Assembly (NCBI GenBank): GCA_001949185.1
Contig: BDGG01000020.1
Coordinates: 186,001-250,000 of the forward strand
Direction of reading: 5' to 3'
Source of the DNA: Ramazzottius varieornatus
Lineage: Eukaryota > Animalia > Tardigrada
DNA length: 64,000 nt
Of this stretch, positions 1-12,229 are shown piece after piece; the first letter of the stretch is position 1, and the number at the start of each line of letters is the position of its first letter. The translations under genes and the position numbers were made by a program. The notes under the pieces are model-generated. The model had not been told where the DNA came from. It did not search any database and saw only the letters and a program-made list of their open reading frames with translations.

Positions 1-182
1 ACTCAACGACACCGCAGCTACGAAACCATGGCGGTACTTATCTATCGGTGAATTCCTTTATTGACCTTTCGAGCCAGGCTGGAAGAACGTTTCTGTTTTG
101 AGCCATTCCACCACTGAGAGCAAAGAGGTCGCACGCGGCAGGTGTGTTGACCAAAGTGCGTTAACCGCCATGTGGCATATAT

Positions 183-833
183 CTAAGCTCTGTTTCACCA
201 ATGATAGAACTATTCAGTTCCGGCACTGTGAGTCTCCCACCAACTTTTCTCGCCCAAATTCTTTCTGAATATCCAAACGAGTCAACGGGCTACCGAATGG
301 CCATCTCAGAAGGACGAGATCAGTTCCTGATCATACCGCTGTCGGGGAAGATCAGTTGATAAGATCCTTGATGCCCGGTACGTACGATCCTGTACAGACT
401 CGTGCGCGTAAATCAAGCCCGCTGGTCGATCAAGAAACGCCGGTCGACCAAACAATCAATGACTGAAAATTGGTCACGGCGGTCGCAACGTAAGTATTTC
501 GGACTAACCAGCAATTGATTGTTTGATCGACCAGCGTTTCGCTTTTTGATTTCAAATTCTTGTTGATTGACTGCATCGGCTGCACTCACGTCCTCGGGCT
601 TGATTTACGCGAACGAGTCTGTACAGGATCGTACATACCGGGTATCAAAGATCTTAACAACTGATCTTCCCCAGCAGCGGGATGATCAGGAACTGATCTC
701 GACTTTCTGAGATGGCCATTCGGTAGTCCGTTGACTCGTTTGGATATTCAGACAAAATTTAGGCGAGAAAAGTTGGTGGGAGACTCACAGTGCCGGAACT
801 GAATAGTTCTATCGTTGGTGGAACAGAGCTTAG
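183..833. mobile_element. Foldback/MITE-like element with ~238-bp imperfect inverted arms
   Basis: 183-420 is the reverse complement of 596-833 with scattered mismatches. The spacer has a second short IR (~434-460 / ~514-540). No clear TSD. Confidence 0.7.
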
Positions 834-1177
834 GCTGCATCTGGTGACAAGCAGAGGGAGGTGGCTGGATGCCAAAAGAAATATAGACTTGACAGGCCAT
901 GCGCCCGACAAGTGCAACGGGCGGAGCTCGATGCCAATAGACAATGGAATTTTGGCACCATGCCTCTTTCGGTCTGCACAGCTGTCCACTATTTGGACTG
1001 CCTGCCGTGCCGAAGACGTTCCGCCACACAAAGTCGCCTTATTCTTGGCTGAGCTTTAAATTTGGATTAGGAAATCTTCCTTCGCATCTGGAATGTGTTG
1101 ACCGAGGATTTCGAAGGAGCGAAGAGCAGATATCAAAGAAAAAAGCAGCACGCTGTCACTCGCCAGGAGAGTTTTTA

Positions 1178-2059
1178 CACCCTCTCCCAATAATGAGTAA
1201 CCCCCCTAGACCTGTACTCAGAGAATCGTATCTACTGTCCCCGCACACCGAATTCGATTGTTTCAAGTGTTCGTGGAAGAAAAAGACTTGGTCTACATGG
1301 TCACGTGACTCGGTAAGACCATAATCAAGAAATCAACTGGCAGGGCGAACTTTGCCGGCCTTCAAAACTGTGTGTTTTTCGGACCAATGCAATCTGATCT
1401 ACGCGTTTCCCACCTCCGTATCCTTGCACTTCAAAAATGCAACAAACATTGGGCTTTCGACCAAACCAAAATGTAAGGCAATCGGACGTTCCGTCGAGGA
1501 GTAATATGCAGCGAGCTGATTGCTGTTTTGATAGTCAAATCCACCTCCAGTTCCTAATTTTTCGAAGTTTTTGTGTCATTCGTGAATATTTTCGAAAAGT
1601 TGGTCGTTCCCAACACAATGTGTTTGTTTCCAACGAACAAGCGCCAATCTGACCAGCAAAACCCAGAAACACAGCTTCTCGCAATTTGAATATCCAGAAA
1701 CACAATCAAAACAGCAATCAGGTCGCTGCACATTACTCCTCGACGGAACGTCCGATTGCCTTACATTTTGGTTTGGTCGAAAGCCCAATGTTTGTTGCAT
1801 TTTTGAAGTGCAAGGATACGGAGGTGGGAAACGCGTAGATCAGATTGCATTGGTCCGAAAAACACACAGTTTTGAAGGCCGGCAAAGTTCGCCCTGCCAG
1901 TTGATTTCTTGATTATGGTCTTACCGAGTCACGTGACCATGTAGACCAAGTCTTTTTCTTCCACGAACACTTGAAACAATCGAATTCGGTGTGCGGGGAC
2001 AGTAGATACGATTCTCTGAGTACAGGTCTAGGGGGATTAGTCATTATTGGGAGACAGTG
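1178..2059. mobile_element. Large non-autonomous TA-flanked foldback element (Tc1/mariner-type ends)
   Basis: ~350-bp near-perfect inverted arms (1178-~1532 / ~1705-2059), ends CAC...GTG, TA at 1176-1177 and 2060-2061. Confidence 0.85.
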
Positions 2060-3093
2060 TAGCTATACGGCAAGGCAGTTCGCGAGCACTTTCGAGCACT
2101 TGTCAAAACGGGGGATGCGGCTTATTTTGTGCACGCCAAATTGTACGAGAAGTGCATGCACTCGTTCAACGAGCACAATGGCATGCACATGCGTTCCGTC
2201 AGCTGTTTGCGGAAGAGCGTGTTGTTTGGCAGGCCACACCATGACGGCGCTTGAGTCTGACTTTATGCGTTGCTGTTCTCCTTTGTCAGTCGTTTCCTGC
2301 AAAAAGCGTTATCTTTATTGCGTCCAGTTCCAAATAGCCTCAATCTTTACGATCATTTCCATACTACGGTGGAAATGAATTCAGGCCTGGAAGCTGTGAT
2401 AAGTTCCGAGCAAACTGCGGAAAATAGCCGTGCTGGGAGTGGAGTTGAACTCAATCAGGCAATCAGGGTTATCCAGAAAGCCTAAGCAGCGGTTTTCGAG
2501 GTAGTTAGGGCTGTACTGTACGGCATGCGTTTCTCAAATGGCTGCAGTTCTCCTGAACAGCTGATCGCTGTTTCAACAGCGGCTGACCTCGCTCGTGATG
2601 TTATCCCGTCGACAAGTCACAACAAGGCCCGTGCAGCCGGTATAGGGCGCTGCCTTTTCGTATAGCTATAGGAGAGTTCCATATAGCAGAATAGAACCGG
2701 GACGTATTACGTCACGACAATCCAGGCAGACGCAGTGTTCAATCGTGTTTCACCCAACTGACTTCACATTTTTATTAGCCGCACGACCTAACAAGTTTCT
2801 GTTTCCTTTTGGCATCCAGCCAGGTGTCTGCGACATCTGCAGACCTCACTGGCCCTACTCAGAATTCAGATTTATCTAAATCAGGCTTATTTAGTTGGAT
2901 CTTGATTTAGCGAAATCCACCAATCAGACAGCCAATTTACGACCTGAATTCTGAGTGCCGAAATAACGGCTAAATCACGGTAGCGATTCAATGACGTAGA
3001 TTCCAAGGTGACGTCACCGAGAATGCATCTCGAATTTCCAGCTGTGACAAAGTTTAGTTTTCTGTTTCTCGCTCACTTACTAGCAGTTCGACC

Positions 3094-3492
3094 ATGCCTC
3101 GTCTAGTTAACCGTAAAGAACTTGTTCGGTCAGTCGACGTCAAAATTCTGACAGATCTTGTGCTTCATGATGTTCTGGATTCTAGTAGCGACGAAGAGGA
3201 TGAGATGTTGTGCGAAACTGATGGCAGCAGTTCGGAAGATGATGAACAAATCAAGATAGCTGTCGTTCGATATTTCGCCACTCAAAGCCGTTACCTTTCC
3301 GCGCGAGTGAACTCACCAAAAACGAAAGAGTTAGCCTACCTGATATTCCAGTCAGATGAGCTGACCTTCAAGAGAAACGCCCGAATGACCAGGCAAGCAT
3401 TTTTCGCTGTTGTGGACAAAATAGGCTCTCACATTGTCTTCAGGAACAAGAGTCATCACGAACAGGCTCCTGTGCCTGATCAGCTTATGTAG
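3094..3492 (+). CDS. Harbinger-type transposase, N-terminal fragment (stops at TAG just before the assembly gap)
   Basis: FKRNARMTRQAFFAVVDKI...VF...QAPVPDQLM matches the Harbinger transposase FRM..F..L / PV..QL N-terminal region. The DDE domain is not visible. Confidence 0.7.
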   Translation: MPRLVNRKELVRSVDVKILTDLVLHDVLDSSSDEEDEMLCETDGSSSEDDEQIKIAVVRYFATQSRYLSARVNSPKTKELAYLIFQSDELTFKRNARMTRQAFFAVVDKIGSHIVFRNKSHHEQAPVPDQLM

Positions 3493-3553
3493 CATGTCGC
3501 GGTNNNNNNNNNNNNNNNNNNNNNNNNNNNNNNNNNNNNNNNNNNNNNNNNNN

Positions 3554-4832
3554 ATCTCTTGGTGTCGAATTCTGAGCTCTTCCATCTTCGTCTCGTGATC
3601 ATCTTTCTGTCGCTGTTCGTTCAGTCTCAGTTCTTTTTCTTTCAAGTCCAACTCTCGGGCGAATCGTCGTTCCATGACCTCGTTCCTAGCCGCTGCACGC
3701 TCATTCCTTTCTTTCCCGCTAGCCACGAGTATCCCTACCAGATCCATTGTTTTCTCTTTTGGCTTTTTATCCATGCCGTCACACAAAGACTTGAATTTTT
3801 TTGGACGTTTCTTTGAAGCTGAGCCAGGTGATCCAGTGAGAGTTTCTTCGTCGTCTGATGGAACATAATCACCGTCAAGCATCTTATCAGCAACCGACCG
3901 ATGGTCCTCTAATTCAGAGTAGCGAGAAGTCGGTCTGTCTTTCGGTACTTCTGCTGAAACTTCGGCTGTCCCTTCGGGAAATTCCATAGTCTTTTCCGTG
4001 TTATCTGTTACGGCTAGTGTGAAAACGTTGGTCGCCACGCCATCTTCGTTATCACCTGTAAAAGGTGCAGACATCCCAGCACGATCGCGGAAAAAAGGAT
4101 CAAGACGGTCCCAGTACTTGCAAATGTCGAGTATGGTCTCTGCAATAATCAGCCAATCAAAGCTGCTGAGCCATCACCGAAAACACGAAAGTGAGCAAAT
4201 CGTTCGGTAAAAGCTTAAACAAACCGTATTTACACACTTTCGTATTTTGACAGCCTCATCTTACCTTATAGCGCTTTGAAATAATCAACCAATCAGAACT
4301 GTCTAACCACCAGCGAAAACTCGAAAGTGAGCAAATCGTTCATTTGAAAGCAAGATGAAATGTTTTTTCACAGTTCCGTAAATTGAAAGTTCGTCTTACC
4401 CCGTAGCGCTTTTCCGTTTTTGGTTCCTTCGACATTGACACCGAAACCAGTCCCAGTCTTGGCTAGATGAGCCTCTTTCCATTTCCCAACAAGGTTATGG
4501 ACTTTAGTGGTTACTTGTTTTTCCGTCTTTACAGCACCCGACTTTGCAAGATGCTCCACGATCTTCCGCGTGATGTCCATCCTGGTGTTGGAGCTAGTTC
4601 TCTTCCTTCCATCTCCTTTGTCTTGCGGAGCAGACCGAAACTTGTCGTAGTTTCCAGGTGTTTCTAACCACTGGAGGAGGCTTTCTTCTGCTTGCTTAGT
4701 CCATCCTTCCCTCTTCGTGGCTTGAACCGTACACTTTTCTGCCATCCTACTTTGTACAAGAACTTGCTGAACTGCTGGTTTAGGAAGCAGCTGTCCTCTG
4801 TAGAGTATCGAAGGAGCGTCGCAAGAAGACAT
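3554..4832 (-). CDS. Harbinger accessory Myb/SANT (trihelix)-like DNA-binding protein, 2 exons (4832-4400, 4139-gap)
   Basis: WTKQAEESLLQWLETPGNY...VTTKVHNLVGKWKEA...TGFG...ETILDICKYWDRLDPFFRDR plus a C-terminal coiled coil. The GTAAG donor and TTGCAG acceptor keep the frame. Confidence 0.8.
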
Positions 4833-6331
4833 TTCCGAAAGAAAAAACGAACTTCAGCGACCTAACATAAAGTGAATCAAAATAAAAGTATCATGAAACT
4901 AACGTTGAAAATGTTTCCGTCTTCGCGCCAGAACACGTCTCTGAAGTACCGGGTGACGAGTGCAAAACAGCTGTTTTCGGTGGAAAACAGTAAGCCATGT
5001 GACGTCACAACTGGATTTACGCCGCTGGATTTAGCTAAATCGACCTGTTTCGGTGCATTAGATTTAGCTCGATGGGCGGGCTACATTTAGGCTATGGGCC
5101 AATCTGCACGCGAATTTAGCTGAGCTAAATCTGTGGATTTAAATAAATCTGAATTCTGAGTAGGGCCACTGTATTTCCCAATGACACGGAGCACCGGAAA
5201 GACAGCTAGCGGTTTGTCGACTTTATTCACTTTATACGTTTAGTTCGTCGTATCTGGCACGCACAACGCAGACACGTGAAAATTAAAGGACAACTCTTCT
5301 TGCACGGAAGCTATAATTTCGCAAGGGACCAAAAGTATTATGCACCGGTTAAGATTTTCGGATTTTGCACGATCGTGGAATCTCTTAGAAAAGTGGAAAA
5401 AAAGTGTTACGCAGGGTTTACCATGGGGAGCTATTACGAAAAGCACGATCAACAAACCGAAGCTCTATAGGCCGAACTCAACCGCGCTGTCTCAGCTTTG
5501 CAGGCAAACCAATCAGGCTGTTCAAAACTTCGTGGTTTCTTTTTTGACAGGAAATCCCGATGGTCGAAAGGAAGCGTCCATCGGTAAGTCTGATGGTGAG
5601 CCGTTTGGTATTCCTGAAGCGGCGAGGTCCTGAAGTTCCTGTCCATTCCCAACCAAGTCCCAATTTCGATTCCTGATCTTTTCATCAAGTCGTGGCTCCA
5701 AATAAGTCCATAAGGTTGAAGTTGAAACGATAAACCACGAAAGAATAACGACAAAACAACAAAATTTGCAGCTGTGCATTGTTTCAAGTCGAGAGAGGGT
5801 ACTGAAACCGACGGACTATGGTGCAGCTGATTCGGTCCTTCCGATCAGGTCAGGTCGGATGTTTATCTGTAGCAAGTTTCTTCTGCGTGTTTGCCACAGT
5901 TGTCCGCTTATAAGAGATGTTTTTGCTTCGTCCATATCACCGTTAACGTTATGGCGTAAGAAATCTACGTATCATTCTGCGCCCAGTCCTAAGTTACGGA
6001 TGCGATTTACGTTGTTGCCACTCCTGCTTGAACCCTGGTCGAAATCACCCTAAAACCAGCCCACCATGTTCCTGTAAGAGGTGTGCGTAGCAGACGTACG
6101 CACGGATCATTCATCAGTAGCCACCCACACATTAGGACCCGCAAATAACACAAGGTGTGTCGAAGACTGGGCAACTGCAAGCGTACTTTATGGATTAACA
6201 TGTCAGCAGCGACTTCGTAACAAATTTGAATCTTGCGTACGTTTCTTGGCGATCGACAGTTCGAAGCATGGGTATACGAGAGATTACAGTGATTATGCAG
6301 AACAGACAGATACTCTGCTATCGCGTTAGTA

Positions 6332-7980
6332 TTAGACGTTCAGCAGGGAACCATCCGGGTTTCTCGGCAGGAGAACTGTGTCGATCACGTGAATGACGCC
6401 ATTGCTGGTTGCCACATCTGGTTGCACAATCTGCGCTCCCCCGTTCACCAAAATGTTGGCCCCTGGAAATATACGTTACAAGTGCATAAGTGGTGTTAGG
6501 CATACAGCCTTCAGCAATTCGACTGAGGAGTGCCACCTGCAGGTTTCTTGATCAGCAAATAGGCGGTCCAATTGGTCACCGGCACCAGTTCCCCGTCAAT
6601 CCACCCATTGGAAAAATAGGTACCAAACTGGGTAATGTGGTTCAAAAGCACCGCTAAATAAAGCAGTCACACGTGTTCATACTGTGGCACTGGTTGTCAA
6701 GACAATAATGCTGAATCCCGTAAGAAATTTGAGCACACCTTTGCGATATGCAGGCGACGTGAGAATCTTTGTGCGTGTAGCGTCGTCTAGCTTAGTAATG
6801 GCCGCGTTGGCAGGGGCGAAAAGCGTGTGTGGAGTTTCATCCGCTGCATTAGGGGAATCATAAGAATACGAGGCACCATAATTCTCACGCAGAGAAACCA
6901 AGACAAATTATCTCGAGGAAATCAAGATGGTACGTACAGTTGACTAAGGCCAAAGCTTCCGGTGTTTGCTGCACCAATGCAAGCAACGTGGACAGCTCCG
7001 GGGTACTGACCACTTTGGCCACTGTGGTGACGGATGGTAGGCTAGTGACCACTTGATCAAGGAAGTGAATGATTCCGTTGCTGGCGAAGTGGTTGCTGTT
7101 TCCTTGATTGATCACTGCTCCTTGGTATAGTTTGATCTGTCAATGTACGTGAGTCGATTTGGGGATCGGATGAGACAACGTTGATCGAAAGAACTTACGT
7201 CTGGCATGTACGAGTGGTTGTAGATGTTGAACCGTGCTCCGGTGAACGATGCGGCCAGTGTAGGGTAGACGCCCTCATCCTCAAGTGTGCTCAATGGATG
7301 GAGGCCTTTGATGATATGGAACCTATCGAGAGAAAGACTCAAGTCATGAGATAATACACGCCCTTGCCCTAAACGTGGGCATGAACAAAAATGGGGGCAG
7401 CGGAGCGAAAGCGGCACGGGCCAGCTGAAGGTGACCAATCAATTAAATCAACCGAAACAGCGCCTGCCCACATTTTTGTCCATGCCCACATTTAGGGCAG
7501 GCGCGTGTACGCACGGAATAATCCCAGTCCGAAGGCCAATTTTTTCGAAAGATGCGAGGCGCAGACCCGAAAAAAACAGCAATCGGCTGCACTCTGCAAA
7601 ATTCTTTCTGTGCATGCTTTTGCTTACGTACTTGAGAAGCTCTGGGAGAAAGTTGGGATCTCCTTGACCGGGCTGCGGGGTAACTTGGGACAGTGCAGCA
7701 AACGCAGCATTGCTTGGCACAAAAACTGTGACGTCCGCTAAAGAGGCAAAAGTCAGAGTTATGCACTCAGTCAGACTGTAAGCGACTGAACTGATTGGTT
7801 GGTCGAAGTGTGGGACTTACTGAGGCCGCGAACGATGTCGGTCAGTCCAGCCGTGTCCAAAGCCGCCAAAAAGCTGTTCGCATTCAGTCGACGAGCCAGA
7901 TCGACGATGTTCAGACTATTGTCCGGGCTTTGCGCTGCTGAAACACATCCCAGGCAAAGAGACAGAAGCAGCACTAGCAT
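6332..7980 (-). CDS. Secreted fasciclin (two FAS1 domains), ~7 exons
   Basis: Signal peptide MLVLLLSLCLGCVSA. H1 motifs TVFVPSNAAF and TLFAPANAAI. H2 motifs ASNGIIHFLDQV and TSNGVIHVIDTVLLP. Stop TAA at 6332-6334. Confidence 0.9.
7357..7507. mobile_element. TA-flanked MITE inside a fasciclin intron
   Basis: ~45-bp imperfect TIRs beginning CACGC..TGCCCTAAA.GTGGGCATG, TA at 7355-7356 and 7508-7509. Confidence 0.8.
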
Positions 7981-10241
7981 TTCGAAGCAGTTTGTTGATA
8001 AAGTGGTGCTTTAGACTGCTATTGGATACTGCGTTTGAAAAAACACACGTTTGAAATCTACGGCTTTAAGACTGCATATTATATAGTTCTTACTTCATTG
8101 TGCTTCCGGGTCTACTTGATGATCTTGACAGTGGGATTTACCATTCTGCTAGCCGCAATTCGGTTCTCAGCCGGTTTTCTCTTAATGCTGCATTTGACGC
8201 TGGTTTTTCCTATGGGGCGCTTTTGGCGAGATTCTAAATTGTTCAGGAAAGTCGTACAAAAATCCGCGAATTGTAGTGACCTGGAAGTTAACATTGAAGT
8301 CACTGATGGTTTCCACCTCCCGGATCCATTTTGTGTGTCATACAAAACGAAGCCTTATGGCCTAAGATCGACTGGCCAGAACCGTCGTCTGGCCACCAGC
8401 GCTTCAGGCCATTAGCAAAGAAATATTCTTCGCCTTTTAATGTCAGGAACTCCACCCCCAACCGTTCCAGGGCGAGCGGCGCTCCCCGAGCGAACAGGAA
8501 CCGTTCAGTTTCTGATTAGCGAGTGCAATGCATATTAAAGTGACAAGCTCCACCCTTTCCGGCTCCTGCCGCAGGCGGGCTGTTCAAACCGGATTGGTTA
8601 GCCAAGCGAACGGATTTTGCGGATTGGTCGATTTTATTTCCGGAGTACTGTTATGAATCAAGAATCAACATGGTACTTCAATCAACCGGACTTGGCAATC
8701 AGCCACAAGGAACACTGGAAAAACCAAAGCATGAGCAACGAAACGGGAGTTATGCCACACATATGCAGAGATGAACGACGGGAATCCTTGCTATAACATA
8801 AGCGACGCAGAAGGCAACAGAAATCTTTAGAAGAACAAGATAGCCACACCAGTTTTCAGCGACGCTGCGCCAGGGTCAGGTGGGCTCCGATCTTTTGACT
8901 ACAGTCGGAAAAAAACCGTTCATTACTGAGGGATCAAATAAGCATTGAGCACATAACTGGAGACTGGTGGTTAGGTCTCAGTGAGGTGGATTTACTTGAG
9001 AATAAGGACAGGAATTCCGGTCGGGAGGCAAAAGTGCAGACGGTGACTGACTCGTTCCTCGGTTTCAGTTGCTAAATTGGGACATCGTAAGGATGGAGCG
9101 CGATGTCCGATGTTTCTTCTCGAATCCTAGCAGCTGCGTAACAGATTGGCACACTGGCACGTGAGATTAGAGCAAGATCAGAACTTCCGGCGAAAGTGAC
9201 TTGATAGCGAAGACTGAAGAGCTGCGACGAACCACGGGAAATTCCAAAGAAAATCGAACGCCTCGAATCGTTCAGCCGAAAAACACAAAACAATCGGAGT
9301 GATGGGTGGTCTTACTGACGTCCGGAGGTCGTACGTCACCATGCATTTAGTGGGAACTTCAATGTTACATTCGAGTGTAACATTGAAGTCCATTTTTTCA
9401 TGCCTTAATTTTCTGCTGGAAAGATTTTTGTACGAGAAACGACTTTTCCTGTAGGGGAGTTAAGCGTGCAATCTAAAAGGCTATTGTGGCTGTGTAGAGC
9501 GTTGATCCAAGTCTGTGGATCATGGATGGTGGACCGAAACTACTCGAAGGGACGAAACTTGTTGAAATGAGCCCAAGTGGGGAAGAAAACTCAAAAGGCA
9601 CTTTTTACACCGTTTATCCATGTATGGCATGTTATTCGGTGCAAAATGCTGGTTTAATCGGCTGTTTCCGCCATGCCGACGATTGTCCTTTGTGGTTCAC
9701 CGAAAACTCTCATGACATACTATTTTCTACGAAGGCGCTTGCCAGGGTAGTAAGTCATCATCCGTTTGGCCAATGTCCAGCTGTACCTGTGGACACTGGT
9801 GAAACTATCCCTTTGAGTGCTAAGCGTGCCAGCTACAGATTTGCGCGTGTAAGACTTCATGTCAAAAAAGAGACAAAGAGTGGCCATGATTAAAAGCGCC
9901 AGTTAGCAAAAACCTGCGCCATATGAACTGGGCAACTGGCACTAGTGCGACGCGGTACGCGCTGATACTTATATTGATACTGTTCTTGCAGTGCTCGAGG
10001 ACACGGAAGTGTCTTACAAGCTCTGCGAAATCGTGTGACGTGCGCTAGTGTCATGTTTTTCACGCCAAATTTTGAAACAGTCGTAAGAAAGATGGTGGCA
10101 TTCGGGGAAGCGTTCGGAAAAGCACTCGGCCTCCGGCTGTTAAATTTTGAGTTGATAACAAAACTTCCGGATACCGATAGCCTTGGTAATGTCGACACTA
10201 ATTCATGATTCAAAGCTTCTGTTCTAATCCCAGCCTGCGAT

Positions 10242-11545
10242 ATGGGATCCAGGTTACATCTTCTGGGATCCGCTGGTGTTGTTTTGTTGTCTGGAATATG
10301 GACCGGATTACTTTTGCCGACGTGGGCGGGACCCGTCAACATCCCCTTGGCCTGGCAGATAGTGCCGAAAGACTCTCCTCATAGAATATCCGAGCCCAAT
10401 CAAGGGAGCAATGGTACAGTACCTTCTCCACTGTCCACGTTCGCAGTTTTGAATTTATAAATCAATCGGTCGTTCGTCAAATTGTTTGCAGCGGCTGTGC
10501 AGACCCATATGTTCGAAGGCGATATCGCGGGAATCGACTTAAACATCGGCGACCGAGCTGTAGGCCCCTCATTGATTTCCGTTCAATTCATGATCGAACA
10601 TTCGAGCGCTACTACTGTATACTGTTGTAGCAAGCGGCCTTCGCGCTGCAGAATGCCATCGTGGATAAGAATCTACGCTGGAAGAATGGAATGGTTCCTT
10701 ATAAAATTAGTGAATCCTTCAGTAAGTTTTGTTTTAAAGTTTTTAAAATCTTCACCGGAATTATGCTGTCAGTGTTACGTACTTTTACAGCTACTGAGCA
10801 GAAGCGGATTATTCAGGATGCCCTGAGGGATATTATGGCGAAGACATGCATTGTTTTCGTTCCCCGACGCTCCGAAGCCGACTATATTTCCTTCGTCAAC
10901 CGCGGTCTGGGGTGGAGTACCAAAAGCCTTTTCTCCTCAAGCTTTTGAAGGAGTGTGCAAGGAGTTTCTTTCATCAACAGGTGCAGCTCGTATGTGGCCC
11001 GTGTAGGCGGCGAACAGTTGATCGATCTAATGGTCGGTTGCTTGAGTATGCTGGGGGAGATCCAGCACGAAGTCATGCATGCATTAGGGTTCTTCCACGA
11101 ACAAAGTCGGACTGATCGCGACAAGTATGTCACCATTGTATGGGCCAATCTCATACCAGGTACTGTGACGAACTCTCACATCGGCAATGTGCCATCGGTT
11201 TTCATAGTTTTTAATTTCACAGGGACCGAGGATCAGTTCCGAACGTACAGGACGGACAACTTGGACATGCCCTATGACTATGACTCGATTATGCATTATG
11301 GTTGGAACTATTTCGCCGCTGATCGGACCAGGGCCACCATTGTGCCAAAGACTGCGCGGAGTGCGGAACTGGGTACTCGAAAGATCATCAGTGACTGGGA
11401 TGTCGAGAAAATTAACCGCCTGTATGAGTGCTCGAGCAAGAGACGTAACAGCAATCCGGAACCTCCTCGCCCATCAACCACCGATAGGCTGCCATCTCGC
11501 GACAGAACTGTAACGGGTCCTAAACCGTGGTGGAACCTTGGCTGA
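10242..11545 (+). CDS. Secreted astacin (M12A) zinc metalloprotease, ~6 exons
   Basis: Signal peptide, propeptide MFEGDI, RW..G.VPY, zinc motif HEVMHALGFFHEQSRTDRD, Met-turn SIMHY, and DVEKINRLYEC. Confidence 0.95.
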
Positions 11546-11587
11546 AATGACAGTATAATATACTTGCAAACTGACAGAACCCACGCA

Positions 11588-11761
11588 CAGTGGTTTATCT
11601 GCCCCAAATCCCTCTAAGCCCGNNNNNNNNNNNNNNNNNNNNNNNNNNNNNNNNNNNNNNNNNNNNNNNNNNGCCCGGTGATTTGTTGCCATAAGACCTC
11701 CATGCCGGGGCACCGCCCCTGTCTCGCGGGCTTAGAGGGATTTGGGGCAGATACACCGCTG
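11588..11761. mobile_element. hAT-type MITE (contains N-gap)
   Basis: TIRs CAG(T/C)GGT.TATCTGCCCCAAATCCCTCTAAGCCCG and a perfect 8-bp TSD CCCACGCA (11580-11587, 11762-11769). Confidence 0.85.
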
Positions 11762-12229
11762 CCCACGCAAGATTTCACAGTACTGTAGCGAGACGTTAAC
11801 CGAGGACATGAATTTAATTCCGAAACTATCTAAGTTGAAGTGGGATCTCGATCTGCGAACGAGTTTCTTTCAAGAAGCGGTCAAAAATACTGACACGGAA
11901 TGGAACATTCACAGCAAGAGACAGAAAAATTTTTTGCATGCAGGATAAGCTTGAAACCCTTCATTATCGAGACGTGCGTCTACAACGTAAGCGATGTTCA
12001 CGCCTATACCACTACAAGAGAACACTGGAATTTAACAACCATTAGCGAAGTATATCGTACCATTGGGAAGCGGTCATACGCATTCGCTCTTCTGGAAATA
12101 TGTGCATGGTTCGAGCGATGACAGTGCTAATAATCTCTGACGAGAAGAAGTTCAATCAAGACAACATTCTAGCCTTTGCACAGCAAGCTAATTGCCTGTC
12201 AGAACGAAGGCTTCCGTTACTGTACTCTA

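Larger units (their letters stand above)
2851..5167. mobile_element. PIF/Harbinger (PHIS)-type DNA transposon with two convergent genes
   Basis: TIR GGCCCTACTCAGAATTCAGATTTAT at both ends, 3-bp TSD ACT (2848-2850, 5168-5170), subterminal GATTTAG/CTAAATC repeats, transposase N-terminus on + and Myb/SANT-like gene on -. An N-gap interrupts the middle. Confidence 0.9.

Noticed and set aside
748-2485. Short ORFs, including twin MQQTLGFRPNQ ORFs on opposite strands
   Set aside because: By-products of inverted repeats; no protein motifs.
5240-5787. Minus-strand fragments resembling a type II membrane glycosyltransferase N-terminus
   Set aside because: Frames are broken and no catalytic motif is visible; cannot be supported.
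6332-7980. Bacterial horizontal origin of the fasciclin
   Set aside because: The gene is intron-rich and FAS1 proteins are common in animals; no evidence without a phylogeny.
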